Source of the DNA: Chiloscyllium plagiosum | Lineage: Eukaryota | Assembly (NCBI RefSeq): GCF_004010195.1 | Contig: NC_057755.1 | Coordinates: 1,043,306 to 1,107,305, forward strand | Length of the DNA: 64,000 bases | Direction of reading: 5' to 3' | Shown: positions 24,701 through 37,329 of the stretch, one piece after another | Numbering within the stretch: position 1 is the first letter of the stretch | Layout of the letters: each line of letters begins with the position of its first letter | Notes under the pieces: model-generated | The model's input: the letters and a program-made list of their open reading frames with translations, nothing else | Databases searched by the model: none | What the model was told of the DNA's origin: nothing | Made by a program: the position numbers and the translations under genes

Positions 24701-25671
24701 AATGTGGACCAGGACCAAGGGCTCCTCACTTTCCACACTTTCCCGCTCTCACCTCTGTTCCATCCACAGTCCATCCCTCCCCAAAAGTGTCCTGAAAATT
24801 TTCTATGACGTTCACGACCCTGAGTCTGAGATGAGTAACGTTTTCAAGAGAATAATGGAAACTACTGACAGTAAATGGATGGAAAGGCTTCTTGTTGCCG
24901 CTTAACTTGGAACGAGGATGAGCATCTAAATGTTTGTCAATGTTTGGAAGTTTTTCCAAGACTGAAATGAATTGACAATGCCTCGCATTTCTCGACATGA
25001 TATTGCACAGAGCATTTGTGTTCATTCACGCATGAACCTGTCCTTCCCCTTCTCAGCGATCCTATGTCCTCTTTGTCTTTTACTGTCCCACCTGACATTG
25101 TGCTATCAACAAACGTCAGACATGATTCGATCATCTCAGTCATTGATAGAGATCATAAATGGCTGTGTGTGGAGAAATTATCCTTGTCTCACTCACTGGT
25201 ACCAGACCGACAACATGAAAATGACATATTTATTCCTGCCCTCTGTTTCCTGCCCTTTATCATGCTTCACGCCAAGTCCCATTTTCCCATCACCACAGGC
25301 CTCATTGACAACAGTGACTCCCGCTAAAATAATTCCAGAGTTTGATATTTCTGCATATTTGTGTGCGCAAATCCCTCACTAGCTTTACTCCATCATTTCA
25401 CTTGAAGCTGGTAAAAACCATCATCAGTCAGGTGTTTTCGGTTTCTTCTCTATACATGAGCAGTACAGTTCAGGGACCAGAGAAAAACTCATCCGCATGT
25501 GCTGTTGCACAGATCGTACGTGTCTTAGAGTCAGCTCTGAAACATGTCCAGGACACTCATATCCTGATAGGAGGATCCGTATTGATTGAAGCTTATGTAA
25601 CCACTGAGGGTATTTTTCAGTGAATCCTTTTACTTGTTTCAATTATTGCCTGAATTGGCGAAGATATAAAG

Positions 25672-27030
25672 TCAGAGAGTCATAGAGATGTACAGCATGG
25701 AAACAGACCCTTCGGTCCAACCCGTCCATGCCAACCAGATATCCCAGCACAATCTAGTCCCACCTGCCAGCACCCGGCCCATATTCCTCCAAACCCTTCC
25801 TATTCCTATACCCATCCAAATGTCTCTTAAATGTTGTAATTGTACCAGCCTCCACCACATCCTCTGGCAGCTCATTCCATACACGTACCACCCTCTGCGT
25901 GAAAAAGTTGCCCTTCCGTCTCTTTTATATCTTTCCCCTCTCACCTTAAACCTATGACCTCTAGTTTTGGACTCCTCAACCCCAGGGAAAAGACTTTGCC
26001 TATTTATCCTATTCATGCCCCTCATAATTTTGTAAACCTCTATAAGGTCACCCCTCAGCCTCCTACGCTCCAGGGAAAACAGACCCAGCCTGTTCAGCCT
26101 CTCCCTGTAGCTCAGATCCTCCAACTCTGGCAACATCCTTGTCAATCTTTTCTGAACCCTTTCAAGTTTCATAACATTTTTCCGATAGGAAGGAGACCAG
26201 AATTGCACGCAATATTCCACAGTAAATACTGATGCAAAATATTAATTTAGTAACTCCCCCATTTTCTGTGGCTCCACACGAAGGCCGCCTTGCTGATGTT
26301 TAAGGGGCCCTATTCTCTCCCTAGTTACGCTTTTGTCCTTCATATATTTTTAAAACCCCTTTGGATTCTCCTTAATTCTATTTGCCAAAGCTATCTCACG
26401 TCCCCAGTTTGCCCTCCAGATTTCCCTCTAATTATACTCCTACTTTGTTTATACTCTTCTAAGGATTCACTCGATCTATCCTGTCTTTACCTGACATGTG
26501 CTTCCTCCTTTTTCTTAACCAAACCCTCAATTTCTTTCGTCATCCAGCATTCTCTACACCTACCAGCCTTCCCTTTCACCTTGAGAGGAATATACTTTCT
26601 CTGGACTCTCGTTATCTTATTTCTGAAGACTTCCCATTTTCCAGCTCTCCCTTTACCTGCGAACATCTGCCTCCAATCTGCTTTCGAAAGTTCTTGCCTA
26701 ATAATGGCCTTTCTCAAATTTAGAACTTCAACTTTTAGATCTGGTCTATCCTTTTCCATCACTATTTTAAAACGAATAGAATTATGGTCGCTGGCCCCAA
26801 AGTGCTCCCCCACTGACACCTCAGTCACCTGCCCTACTTTATTTCCCAAGAGTAGGTCAAGTTTTGCACCTTCTCTAGTAGGTACATCCACATACTGAAT
26901 CAGAAAATTGTCTTGTACACACTTAAGAAATTCCTCTCCATCTAACCCTTTAACACTATGGCAGACCCAGTCGATGTTTGGAAAGTTAAAATTCCCTACC
27001 ATAACTACCCTATTATTCTTACAGATAGCT
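25672..27030 (-). mobile_element. CR1/HER1-type LINE, endonuclease region fused to the C-terminus and 3' end (RT deleted at about 26220)
   Basis: ORF 26487-27002 has APE motifs GNFNFPNIDW, PTREGAKLDLLL and SDHN; ORF 25672-26220 has EYCVQFWSP and RRLRGDLIEVYKI; 3' end at about 25675. Confidence 0.93.
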
Positions 27031-29446
27031 TCCAGTTGCTGGAAAGTCTGATCAGAACAGGAGTTAGTTTATTCAAATGATGGAGACATGAATAACCGCT
27101 TTCAGTTCCCTAACTTTCCTGCAAGTATACGGGATTGCAGAAAGACTGAGGAGTGTTAAAGTGAATTCACTTGGTGGGCTGAATGGCCTATTTGTGTGCT
27201 GTACGTTTCTATAAATTCTGAAGTCTCATTGGAACACTGTGCAGTGATAAAGTGAATTCCAGAGGGCTGTGACTACCATCCAGTTATTCCCTGAAGAAAA
27301 GTCTGTAGCTTCGTAATTTTTGCAATTTTTAAATGCACAAAGTATTTGTTCACAGGAATAAATAATTGTAATGAAGATTAGAGCACAGGAATTTTTGAAT
27401 TCGATCATTAGTTTAGTATTGTTTCCTTGTTTAGTCCCTTTCATCATAAAATGAAGAGATTTTCTTTTAAAGAGGGAAGTGATGTCTTTTCCTATCTATG
27501 AACTGCTGTGTAATTGGATGATCAGTTCCAATATTAGTTGCCCCGACATGATCAGAACACAACAGAGAGTTTTACATGGATTGCAGCAGCCGAGCTCAAT
27601 AATTGTGGTGTTGACCTCTTCAGTTTTGAAATATGTAGTTTATTCACAGAATATCAATAAGCACATTTTTATAAAAACTATTTTAGTCAGACAAAGTAGT
27701 GAGTGCAGTAGAAATGTCACATTTCCCTATTTGAATTTTGCATTCTTTGCTGATGCAATGTACAAGTAAAATTAGAACATTCGCGATACATGACAAGGAA
27801 TTTTTGATTTTCCAAACCAAGATATAAGACACTCATTGAGTTAAGACCTTAGCTAGTGGGTTGTGACTTTACCGATGAACCAAAAAATTTTCAGCTCATA
27901 TACCATTCTCCTTTGAATAATTACATCTGCTCAAACGCAACAACTCTTATTTTTGTAATATGATGATTGTGGGTACTACGAGATGGAGGACAGGAAGTAG
28001 CTGTGGCTGCATCAAGTTCTCCTTTTCTGAACGATTTTAGGTGTTTGGACTGATTTCTTTGAATTCTGGGAACAATTATTACTATTTTACCAGCTGTTGC
28101 ATTGTTGTGGTTCTTTGGGGGAAAGACATCAGATCAACAGCTCTTTGGAAAGGAGGAAGAGACACAAAGGAAGTGACCACATGGTCAGGGGCAGAGATGG
28201 AAAGAAACGTATACTGCTGCCTGACACAGCATTGAATCTGCACAGCTTCAGCCTTTACTGTTTGAGCTCATGTATTTCTGGGCATTAGAGTGCACCTGAG
28301 CAATATGAACAAACAGCAAACCTCACAGTTGACCTTAAAGAAACCTGCGTGGGAGAGCTCACAGCACGGGAGCACATAAGAGCACGTTTTTAAGTCTAAT
28401 CTTACTGATTTTTTTTATAAATCTACAGTAGTAAGTAGGGTGGGCTTTCTTTGGTTGTATATTTCTTTTTTACGTCTCTTGATTCAAATTTGAAAACATA
28501 AAATAGTAGGCACTAAGTAAGCATGGAAGACTGTGGTTCAAAGCAGTAATACTTCGTTATTTCCTGATTCCAGAAATTATTCCGATGCAAAGATCACCTT
28601 TGTAGACTTATGAACTCTTCCTGTCACATGTCGGAGATTCGGGAGAGTTTCCAAATGACTGATAATTAAGTGTGTTTGCCTTTGAATCATGTCAAATTAC
28701 ATCGATCGATTGGAGCAGAGGGTTAGAGACAATGAGGAATTTATAGCAGCTGGAGTGTGTGATGAATAGCAGCTCCAGGACGAGAGAAATGTCGCATATA
28801 CAGTTAGGTTGCCGCCAGGAAAGGTAGGAGAGGAAGGCAGGTAGTGCAGGAGTCTGCTGTAGATATCCCCGTCTCAAACAAATATGTTGCTTTTTGAAAA
28901 TGGAGGAGATAGACACTCAAGGGAAAGTGGTACAAAAACAACTAGGTTTCTGGTACGGAGTCAGTCTCCAATGTAACGACGGGTATGTCAGGTTCCAAAC
29001 GATCTGTTATGTTCGGGGACTCTCTAGTCAGAGACACAGACAGATCTTTCTGCGGCCAACAACGATAAATCAGAATGTAGTTTCTCTCCATGGTGCAGGG
29101 GGCAGGGATATTTCAGAGAGCGCGGAGAATATTCTCAGAAGGGAGTGGGATGAAGTGATGAACTGAGGGCATTGTTCTGAGCATGGGACTGGGATGTCAT
29201 AGCAATGACACAGAAGTATTTCAGGCATTGACAGGATTGGAAGCTTAAAGTTGCACGATAGAAATGCTGTAGGAAGGAAAGAAAGGTCGACAAGAGAAGA
29301 GGGGGAGTTATGTTTTTGGTAAGGGATAACATAAGGGCTGTACTTAGGGAGAGTGTTCCTGGGAATGCATTATTTGGGGGGGAACTGAGAATGAAGGGAG
29401 GGATGATCACTTATTGATATTGTACTATAGAGCCACCACCACCTCT

Positions 29447-29466
29447 CCCCCCCCCCCCCCCCCCCC
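29447..29466. repeat. Poly-C homopolymer (C20)
   Basis: 20 consecutive C. Confidence 0.95.
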
Positions 29467-29485
29467 ACCTAATAGTCAGTGGGAA

Positions 29486-29888
29486 GTGTCCCAAAGAAGA
29501 TAGAGCGGTCTGGGTGTTCGGATGAAAGACGAATATCTGCTGAAAACAATCGTCTTCTCCAAGCTCAAGAGATTCAAAGACGTTTTAAAAGCCAACATGA
29601 AAAAATGTAAAATCGACATTAACAACTGGAAAACCAATGCCAAGTACAGGATACTTTGGCAAACCATCATCCGAGAAGGAGCAGCAACATTTGGAGCAAC
29701 AAATGGACAGAATTAGAAGAAAAGAGGGGAACACGGAAAGCGTGGCAGCAACAACTAAAGCCCGGCCCGCCATCTGGAACGACAGTCAAAGCCATGATTG
29801 GACTCAGAAGCCAATTGAGTGCCCATAAATAAATCAACAGAACGAAGACCAGCATCCCCGACCTCTAGAGATAGCCACGACGACGATG
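29486..29888 (+). mobile_element. RTE-clade (BovB-like) LINE, 5'-truncated 3' end with 12-bp TSD
   Basis: KRFKDVLKANMKKCKIDINNWKTNAKYRILWQTIIREG resembles an RTE C-terminus; (ACG)n tail; TSD AGTCAGTGGGAA at 29474-29485 and 29889-29900. Confidence 0.8.
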
Positions 29889-30080
29889 AGTCAGTGGGAA
29901 ATTGAGAAACGTATTTGTCAGGAGGTCTCAGTTATTTGTAAGAATAATAGCTTCGTAATGACAGGTGATTGCCTCAGAGTTAAATTTTGAATGTAGAGGA
30001 ATTTTAACGTCAGTATATGAACATTTTTTCATTCAGTCTGTGGAGATACCGACTAGAGAACGTGACTTCTTGGATTTATG

Positions 30081-31750
30081 GAGTCATAGAGATACACAGC
30101 ACGGAAACAAACCCTTCGGTCCAACTTGTCAATGCCAATCAGGTATCCCAACCCAATCTAGTCTCACCTGCCATCAACCGTCCCCAAATCCTCCAAATCC
30201 TTTCTATCCACATACCTATCCAGATGCCTTTTAAATGTTGCAATTATACTAGACTCGAACACTTCCTATGGCAGCTCATTCCACACACGTGCCACCCTCC
30301 GTGTGAAAAAGTTGCCAGTTAGGTCTCTTTTATATCTTTCCCCTCTCACCCTAAACCTATGCCCTCTAGTTCTGGACTCTCCCATTTCAGTGAAAGGACT
30401 TTGTCTATTTCTCCTATCCATGCTCCTTGTAACATCACCGCTCAGCCTCTGACGCTCCAGGTAAAACAGCCCGAGCCTATTCAAACTCTCCCTGTCGCTC
30501 AAATTCTCCAAAGCTGGCAACATCCTTGTAAATTTTGTCTGAACCCTTTCAAGTTTGACAACATCTTTCCCAAAGAAAGGAGACCAGAGTTGCACACAAT
30601 ATTCCAACAGTGGCCTATCCAATATCCTGCAGAGCCGCAAACTGCCCTCTCAACTCCTGTACTCAATACGCTGACAAATAAAGGAAAACATATTAAACGC
30701 CTTCTTCATTACCTTATTTACCTGCGACTCCACTTTCAAGGAGTTATAAACCTGCACTCCAAGGCCTGTTTGTTCATCAACACTCCCTAGGACCTTACCA
30801 TTAAGTGTACAAGTCCTGCTAAGATTTCTTTTCCCAAAATGCAGCACCTCACATTTATCTAAATTAAACTCCATCTGCCACTTCTCCGCCTATTGACCCA
30901 TCTGATCGAGATCCCATTATAATCTGAGGTAACCTTCTTTGCTAACCACTATACCTCCAGTTTTGGTGTTATCTGGGAACTTAGTAACTTTACGTTTTAT
31001 GCTCTCATACAAATCATTTATGCAAATGATGAAAAGTAGCGGCCCCAGTACTGATCCTTGTGGCACTCCACTTGTCACAGGCCTCCAGTCTGAAAAACAA
31101 TCCTCCATTACCACTCTCTGTGTTCTACCTTTGAGCCAGCTCTGCATCCAAATGTCTAGTTCACCCTATATCCAATGAGGTCTAACCTTGTTAACCAGTC
31201 TACCATGGGGAATATTGTCGAGCACCTGACTGAAGTCCATGTAGATCTCTACCCTCATCAATTCTATTTGTGATTTCTTCAAAAACCTCGATCAAGTTTA
31301 TCAGACATGATTTCCCACTCACAAAGCTATATTGACTCTCCCTAATCAGTCCTTCTCTTTCCAAATATATGTACATCCTGTCCCTCAGGATTTACTCCAA
31401 CACCTTGACCACCACTGACGTCAGGCTCACTAATCTGCCACCTTTCTAAAACAGTGATTCCAGGTTAGCCAATCTCCAGACTTCCAGGGTCTGACTTGTG
31501 ACTATACATGATTCAAATAATTCAACAAAAGGTCCAGCAATCACTTCCCTAGCATCCCACAGAGTTCGAATGCACACCTGATCGTTTTAATGAGTTTCAA
31601 GACTTCCCCCTCTGTACTATGGACATTTTTCAAGATGTCACCATCTATTTCCCACATTCTATATCTCAATGTCCTTTTACAGAGTAAATACTGGTGCAAA
31701 ATACTCGTTTAGTATCGCCCCCTTCTCCTGCAGCTGCATACAAAGGTCGC
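30081..31750 (-). mobile_element. CR1/HER1-type LINE, RT and 3' end, antisense and nested
   Basis: Minus ORFs give GVPQGSVLGPLLFIICIND, EFNLDKCEVLHFG and EYCVQLWSP; 3' end at about 30083. Confidence 0.92.
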
Positions 31751-32760
31751 ATGAAGAAATTGAGGGTTTGGTTTAGAAAAAGAAGGAAGCATATGTCACG
31801 GAGATACAGGATAGGTTGAGTGAATCCTTAGGAAGTAAAAAGACAGTAGGAGTATACTCAAGAGCGAAATCAGGAGGGCAAATAGGGAATCTGAGATAGC
31901 TTTGGCAGATATCAAAGGAGAATTCAAAGGGATAACATAAATACATTAAGGACAAAAGTGTAACTAAGGAGTGAATGGGAGTCCTCAAAGATCAGCAATG
32001 CAGCCAATGTGTGGAACGGCAGGAGGTGGTTGAAATACCACACAGGTTTTGTTTCATTTTTACTATGGAGAACGACATACAAAATACAGAATCTGGGGAA
32101 ACTGATGGTGACATATTGAAGAATGTCCATATTACAGAGTAGGAGGTGTCGGATGTCTTAAAATGCATACAGGTGGATAAATCCGCAGGACATGATCAGG
32201 TGTGTCGTCGAATTCAATGGGAAGTGAGCAAAGTGACTGGTGGGATCCTTGCTGAAATATTTGTCTCATTGACAGTCACAGGTGAGATGCTGGAAGACTG
32301 GAGGTTGTCTAACGTGGTGTCATTATTTAAGAAAGCTGGTAAATTAAATCCAGGGGACTACAGACTGGTGAGCTTAACATCTGTGGTGGGCAAATTGTTG
32401 GTGGGATTCCTGATGGATAGGATTTACATAAATTTGGAAAGGCAACGACTGTTTAAGGATATTCAGCGAGGCTTTGTGCATGATTTAGTTTTTTGAATAA
32501 GTAACAAAGAGGATTGATGAGGGCGGAATGGTGGACATGATCTATATACATTTCAGTAAGGCGGTCAATAAGTTTCCGCATGGAAGAGTGGTTAGCAAAG
32601 TTCGACCTCGTTGAATATAGGGTGAACTAGCCACTTGGATACAGAACGGGTTTGAAGGTCGAAGACAGAGTTTGGTGGCAGCGGATTGCTTTCCAGCCTG
32701 GAGGCTTGTGGTGTGCCAAAACGATCGGTGCTGGGTCCACTGTTTCTCTTTGTTCTTAAT
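31751..32760 (+). mobile_element. Old CR1 ORF2, middle fragment (host element continued)
   Basis: EDWRLSNVVSLFKK, GDYRLVSLTSVVGK and GVPKRSVLGPLF. Confidence 0.85.
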
Positions 32761-32807
32761 GATTTGTGGGACTTGGGCGTCGCTGACTGGCCAGTATTGA
32801 TATCACA

Positions 32808-33016
32808 GGAGAAAGTGAGGTCTGCAGATGCTGGAGATCAGAGCTGGAAATGTGTTGCTGGAAAAGCGCAGCAGGTCAGGCAGCATCCAGGGAACAGGAG
32901 AACCGACGTTTCGGGCATAAGCCCTTCCTGAAGAAGGGCTTATGCACGAAACGTCGATTCTCCTGTTCCCTGGATGCTGCCTGACCTGCTGCGTTTTTCC
33001 AGCAACACATTTCCAG
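32808..33016. mobile_element. Young fold-back Penelope-like element with TSD and hammerhead core
   Basis: 84-bp inverted arms 32844-32927 and 32933-33016 (3 mismatches counted by eye), 5-nt loop; direct repeat CCAGTATTGATATCACA at 32791-32807 and 33013-33029. Confidence 0.85.
32928..32958 (+). ncRNA. Minimal hammerhead ribozyme core (one stem II mismatch)
   Basis: CTGAAGA-A-GGGC-TTAT-GCAC-GAAA-CGTC; predicted cleavage after C32955. Confidence 0.55.
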
Positions 33017-33706
33017 TATTGATATCACATCCCAACTTGTCCTTGAGAAGGTGGTGGTGAGCTGCCTTTTTGAATCGATACAGTCCACTTGCTGTGTGTT
33101 TATCCAGGCAAATAGGGTTGTTCCACCATACTCCTGACTTGTGCCTTGTGGTAAGAATTTGTTCGGTCTGGAGGTGACTTGTTCACCACAGTCTCACTAG
33201 TCTCTGACTTGCTCTTGTCGCCACTGTGTTTATGCGGTGAGTCGAGTTGAGCTTCTGGTCAATGGCAACCCCAAGGATGTTGACAGTGGGAGATTCAGTG
33301 ATGGCAATACCGTTGAATGTCAAGGGGCAGTGGTTACAATGTCTCATACTGACGATGGTCATTTTATTGCATGTGTGTGGTGCGAGTGTTACTTGCCACT
33401 TGACAGCGCAAACCTGGATATTGTACAGATCGGTTGCATTTGAGCACGAACTGCTTCAATGTCTCAGGAGTCGCTAACGGTTCGGAAAACGGTGCAATCA
33501 TCGGCCAACAGCCTCTCTTCTGACCTTGTGATAGAGAGAAAGACATTGATGAAGCAGATGAAGATTGTTGGGCCGAGGACGCTACCCTGAGGGACTCCTG
33601 CAGAGATCTCCTGGAACTGAGATGACTGACCCACAATCATCTTTCATCATTCATATAAATGACTTGGATTTGAACACAGGAGGTACAGTTAGCTTTCAGG
33701 TGACAC

Positions 33707-35572
33707 CATAGAACATAAAACATAGAACAATACAGCACAGAACAGGCCCTTCGGCCCACGATGTTGTGCCGAACATTTGTCCGAGCTTAAGCACTCATTC
33801 AGGTACCTATCCAATTGCCGCTTCAAGGTCACCAATGATTCTGACTCTGCCACACCCACAGGCAGCGCATTCCACGCCCGCACCACTGTCTGGGTAAAGA
33901 ACCTACCCCTGACGTTCCCTCTATACCTTCCACTCTTCACCTTAAATTTATGTCCCCTTGTAACACTCTGTTGTACCCTGGGAAAACGTTTCTGACTGTC
34001 TACTCTATCTATTCCTCTGATCATCTTATAAACCTCTATCAAGTCACCCCTCATCCTTCACCGTTCCAATGAGAAAAGGCCTAGCACGCTCAACCTATCT
34101 TCGTACGACCTATTCTCCATTCCAGGCAACATCCTGGTAAATCTTCTCTGCACCCTCTCCAAAGCTTCCACATCTTTCCGAAAGTGAGGCGACCAGAACT
34201 GCACACAGTACTCCAAATGTGGCCTAACCAAGGTCCTGTACAGCTGCAACATCACTTCATGACTCTTGAATTCAATCCCTCTGCTAATGAACGCTAATAC
34301 ACCATGGGCCTTCTTACAAGCTCTATCCACCTGAGTGGTAACTTTCAAAGATCTATCAACATAGACCCCAAGATCTCTCTGCTCCTCCACCTTACTAAGA
34401 ACCCTACCGTTAACCCTGTATTCCGCATTCTTATTTGTCCTTCCAAAATGGACAATCTCACACTTGACAGGGTTGAACTCCATCTGCCACTCCTCAGCCA
34501 AGCTCTGCATCATATCTAAATCCCTTTGCAGCCGACAATAGCCCTCCTCACTATCCACACCTCGACCAATCTTCGTATCATCTGTAAATTTACTGACCCA
34601 CCCTTCGACTCCCCCTTCCAAGTCATTAATAAAAATTACAAACAGCAGAGGACCAAGAACTGATCCCTGCAGAACTCCACTTGTAACTGGGCTCCAGGCT
34701 GAATATTTACCATCTACCACCACTATCTGACTTCGACCGGTTAGCCAGTTTTCTATCCAACTGGCCAAATTTCCCACTATCCCCTGCCTCCTGACTTTCC
34801 ACATAAGCCTACCATGGGGAACCTTATCAAATGCCTTACTAAAATCCATGTACACTACATCCACTGCTCTACCCTCATCCACATGCTTGGTCACCTCCTC
34901 AAAGAATTCAATAAGACTTGTAAGGCAAAACCTACCCCTCACAAATCCGTGCTGGCTGTACCTAATCAAACAGTGCCCTTCCAGATACTCATAAATCCTA
35001 TCCCTCGGTACCCTTTCCATTACTTTGCCTACCACCGAACTAAGACTAACTGGCCTGTAATTCCCGGAGTTATCCCTATTCCCTTTTTTGAACAGGGGCA
35101 CAACATTCGCAACTCTCCAATCCCCTGGTACCACCGCCGTTGACAGTGAAGATGAAAAGATCATTGCCAACGGCTCTGCAATTTCCTCTCTTGCTTCCCA
35201 CATAATCCTAGGATATATATTTCCCGTCAGGCCCGGGGAACTTGTCTAACCTCAAGTTTTTCAAAATGCCCAACACATCTTCCTTCCTAACAAGTATCTC
35301 TTCTACCTTACCAGTCCGTTTCACACTCTCCTCTTCAACAATACGGTCCCTCTCATTTGTAAATACTGAAGAAAACTACTCATTCAAGACCTCTCCTATC
35401 TCTTCCGACTCAATACACAGTCTCCCACAACTGTCCTTGATCGGACCTAGCCTTGTTCTCGTCATTTTCATGTTTCTCACATACGCATATAATGCCTTGG
35501 GGTTATCCTTGATCCTACCCGCCAAAGAGTTTTCATGCCCTCTCTTAGCTCTCCTAATCCCTTTCTTCAGCT
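33707..35572 (-). mobile_element. Young 5'-truncated CR1 LINE with a long intact RT frame
   Basis: ORF 34058-35203 (381 aa) has QHGFVRGR, YMDFSKAFDKVPH, GVLQGSVLGP and KFTDDTK; frameshift into 33689-34054; (GTTCTAT)n-type tail at 33707-33730; splits the host CR1 between gacac and caaaatt. Confidence 0.96.
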
Positions 35573-36470
35573 CCAAAATTGTAGTTGCAGTGGACAGTGA
35601 AGAATTTTCCCTCAGTGTGCAATTGGATTTTGATCATGTGGTCCAATGGGCTGAGGAGTGTCAGATGGAGTTAAATTTACTTAAATGTGCGGTGCTGCAA
35701 TTTGGAAAGGCAAATCAGGGCAGGACGCACACAATTAATGGTAAGGTCCTGGGGAATGTTGCTGGACATAGAGAACTTGGAGTGCAGGTTTATAGTTCCT
35801 TGAAAGTGGTGTCTTAGATGGATAGCATAGTGAAGAAGGCATTCGGTATGCTCTCCTGTATTGGTAAGAGCATTGAGTATAAGAGCTGGGAGGACATGAT
35901 GTGGCTGTCCAGGATATTGTTCAGGCCACTTTTGAAATATCGTGTGCATTTCTATTTTTCCTCCAAAAGGGAGGGCGTTGTGAGACTTGAGAAAAGATTC
36001 CAAAAATACTTACAAAGATGTTGCCAGTGTTTGAGGTTTTGAGCCACAGGGAGACGCTGAATAGCCAGATGATACTTTTCCCGGAGATCTGAGGACCCAG
36101 AGGTGACCTTATGAAAGTTACAATCTCATGAGGGGCATCGACAGTGAAAATAGACAAAGTTTGTTCCCTAGAGTGAGGGTGTCCAGAACTAGAGGACATA
36201 GGTTTCGGGTCAGAGGGGAAAATTTTAAAAGGACTGAAGGGCAACTTTTACGCGCAGAGCGTGGTACATGTCTTTAGTACACTGTCAGAGGGATTATGGA
36301 GGCTGGTGCAATTACAATGTGTAAAATATATTCAATTGAATGTTCAATTGAATAAAAACTGTTGAGAGGGAAATGGGAGCAAAGGAGACTAAACTAATTT
36401 AGGATATCTGGTCAGCATGGATGATACGGGCAAAAGGATCCGTTTCCATGCTGTGTATCTGTATGACTCC
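35573..36470 (+). mobile_element. Old CR1 ORF2, 3' fragment and 3' end (host resumed)
   Basis: QWAEECQMELN and VKKAFGMLSCIGKSIEYKS; CR1 3' end at about 36410-36470. Confidence 0.88.
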
Positions 36471-37329
36471 ACCTATTCCTTGTCTGCAAAGATGAGTTCA
36501 ACAAATATTCCATGTTAGATGAATATCAACACTTTAAATCTCAATTGCTGTTTTGAAATGAATCCCTGTTTTTTGCTTGCAATGATAGAGTCTTATGTGG
36601 GGAGGTACCTGAGGTGATGTTTTGAGTTCAGTGACCCATATTCTGATGAACAGTGATTCTATTCACTCTGTTTCTCTCCACACAAATGCTGACATACCTG
36701 TTGGGTTTTGCCAGATATATCTGATTCGGTTTCACGTTTATAGTATTCAAATTCCTTTCATTTATTTCACTAAAATGATTTACTTCCCAACCTGCCTCCC
36801 AGAAGGAATTTTAAGAATCAGAGAATCGGACTGTGCAGAAGAGATTCTCTGTTCCATCCAGTTTGTGCTGTCAAAGTGACACGAAATCTACACTCGTCCC
36901 AGCTTCCAGCACTAAACTCATGCTCTCGAATAATATGACACTTGAAGTGGTCACCCAGGGAGGTTTATTAAAACTTTGTGAGGTTTCCTGATTCCATGAC
37001 GCTCCCAGGCACTGAATTACCAGACCGCCATCATTCTCTGGGTGAAAACCCCTTCCTCAGATCCCCTCTAATCCTCTTCCTTTTCACCTTGAAAGATATG
37101 CGCCCACCTATCACAACCATCTGTCGAATTCCTACCTACACTTGGAAAAATGGAGGACTGAGCAGCTTCGAAATGGGACAGGCCACTGGAGCTGTCCTCG
37201 TCAAACTTGACATCTGAACACTCCCAGCTGACCCAGTTAGGTGCTAAGATCTTCCATTGCTCTCTAGTCAGAACGGGCAATGTTTGATCAGTAATTTCCA
37301 ATTTCCATTTTGCATTCTGTCTCTTTCAA

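Larger units (their letters stand above)
7790..25665 (+). repeat. Large segmental duplication, copy 1 (partner about 42475-63510)
   Basis: Continuous colinear similarity covering promoter, exon 1, intron TEs, exon 2, GT tract, Rex1 and Tx1 fragments; differs mainly by later insertions and deletions. Confidence 0.93.
27980..30080 (+). mobile_element. Old CR1 LINE, 5' part (5'UTR, ORF1, start of ORF2), in unit C
   Basis: Similar to 14400-16020 (SSC.M.E at about 28615; ggggactctctagtc = GDSLV at 29015); continues after nested insertions; 5' boundary approximate. Confidence 0.75.
32765..33645 (-). mobile_element. Non-LTR retrotransposon (CR1/L2-like, distinct family), RT fragment plus 3' region
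   Basis: Minus strand near 33640-33490 encodes ISAGVPQGSVLGPTIFICFIN...LLADDCTVF; interrupts the + strand CR1. Confidence 0.7.

Noticed and set aside
32844..33016. Pre-miRNA gene or MITE
   Set aside because: The arms derive from an interspersed repeat also present unfolded at 38929; the left terminus extends beyond the arm and the TSD is long, unlike a typical MITE
34058..35203. 381-aa RT ORF as an active or domesticated gene, or a retron-like system
   Set aside because: Ordinary 5'-truncated CR1 with no endonuclease or ORF1, frameshifted at both ends
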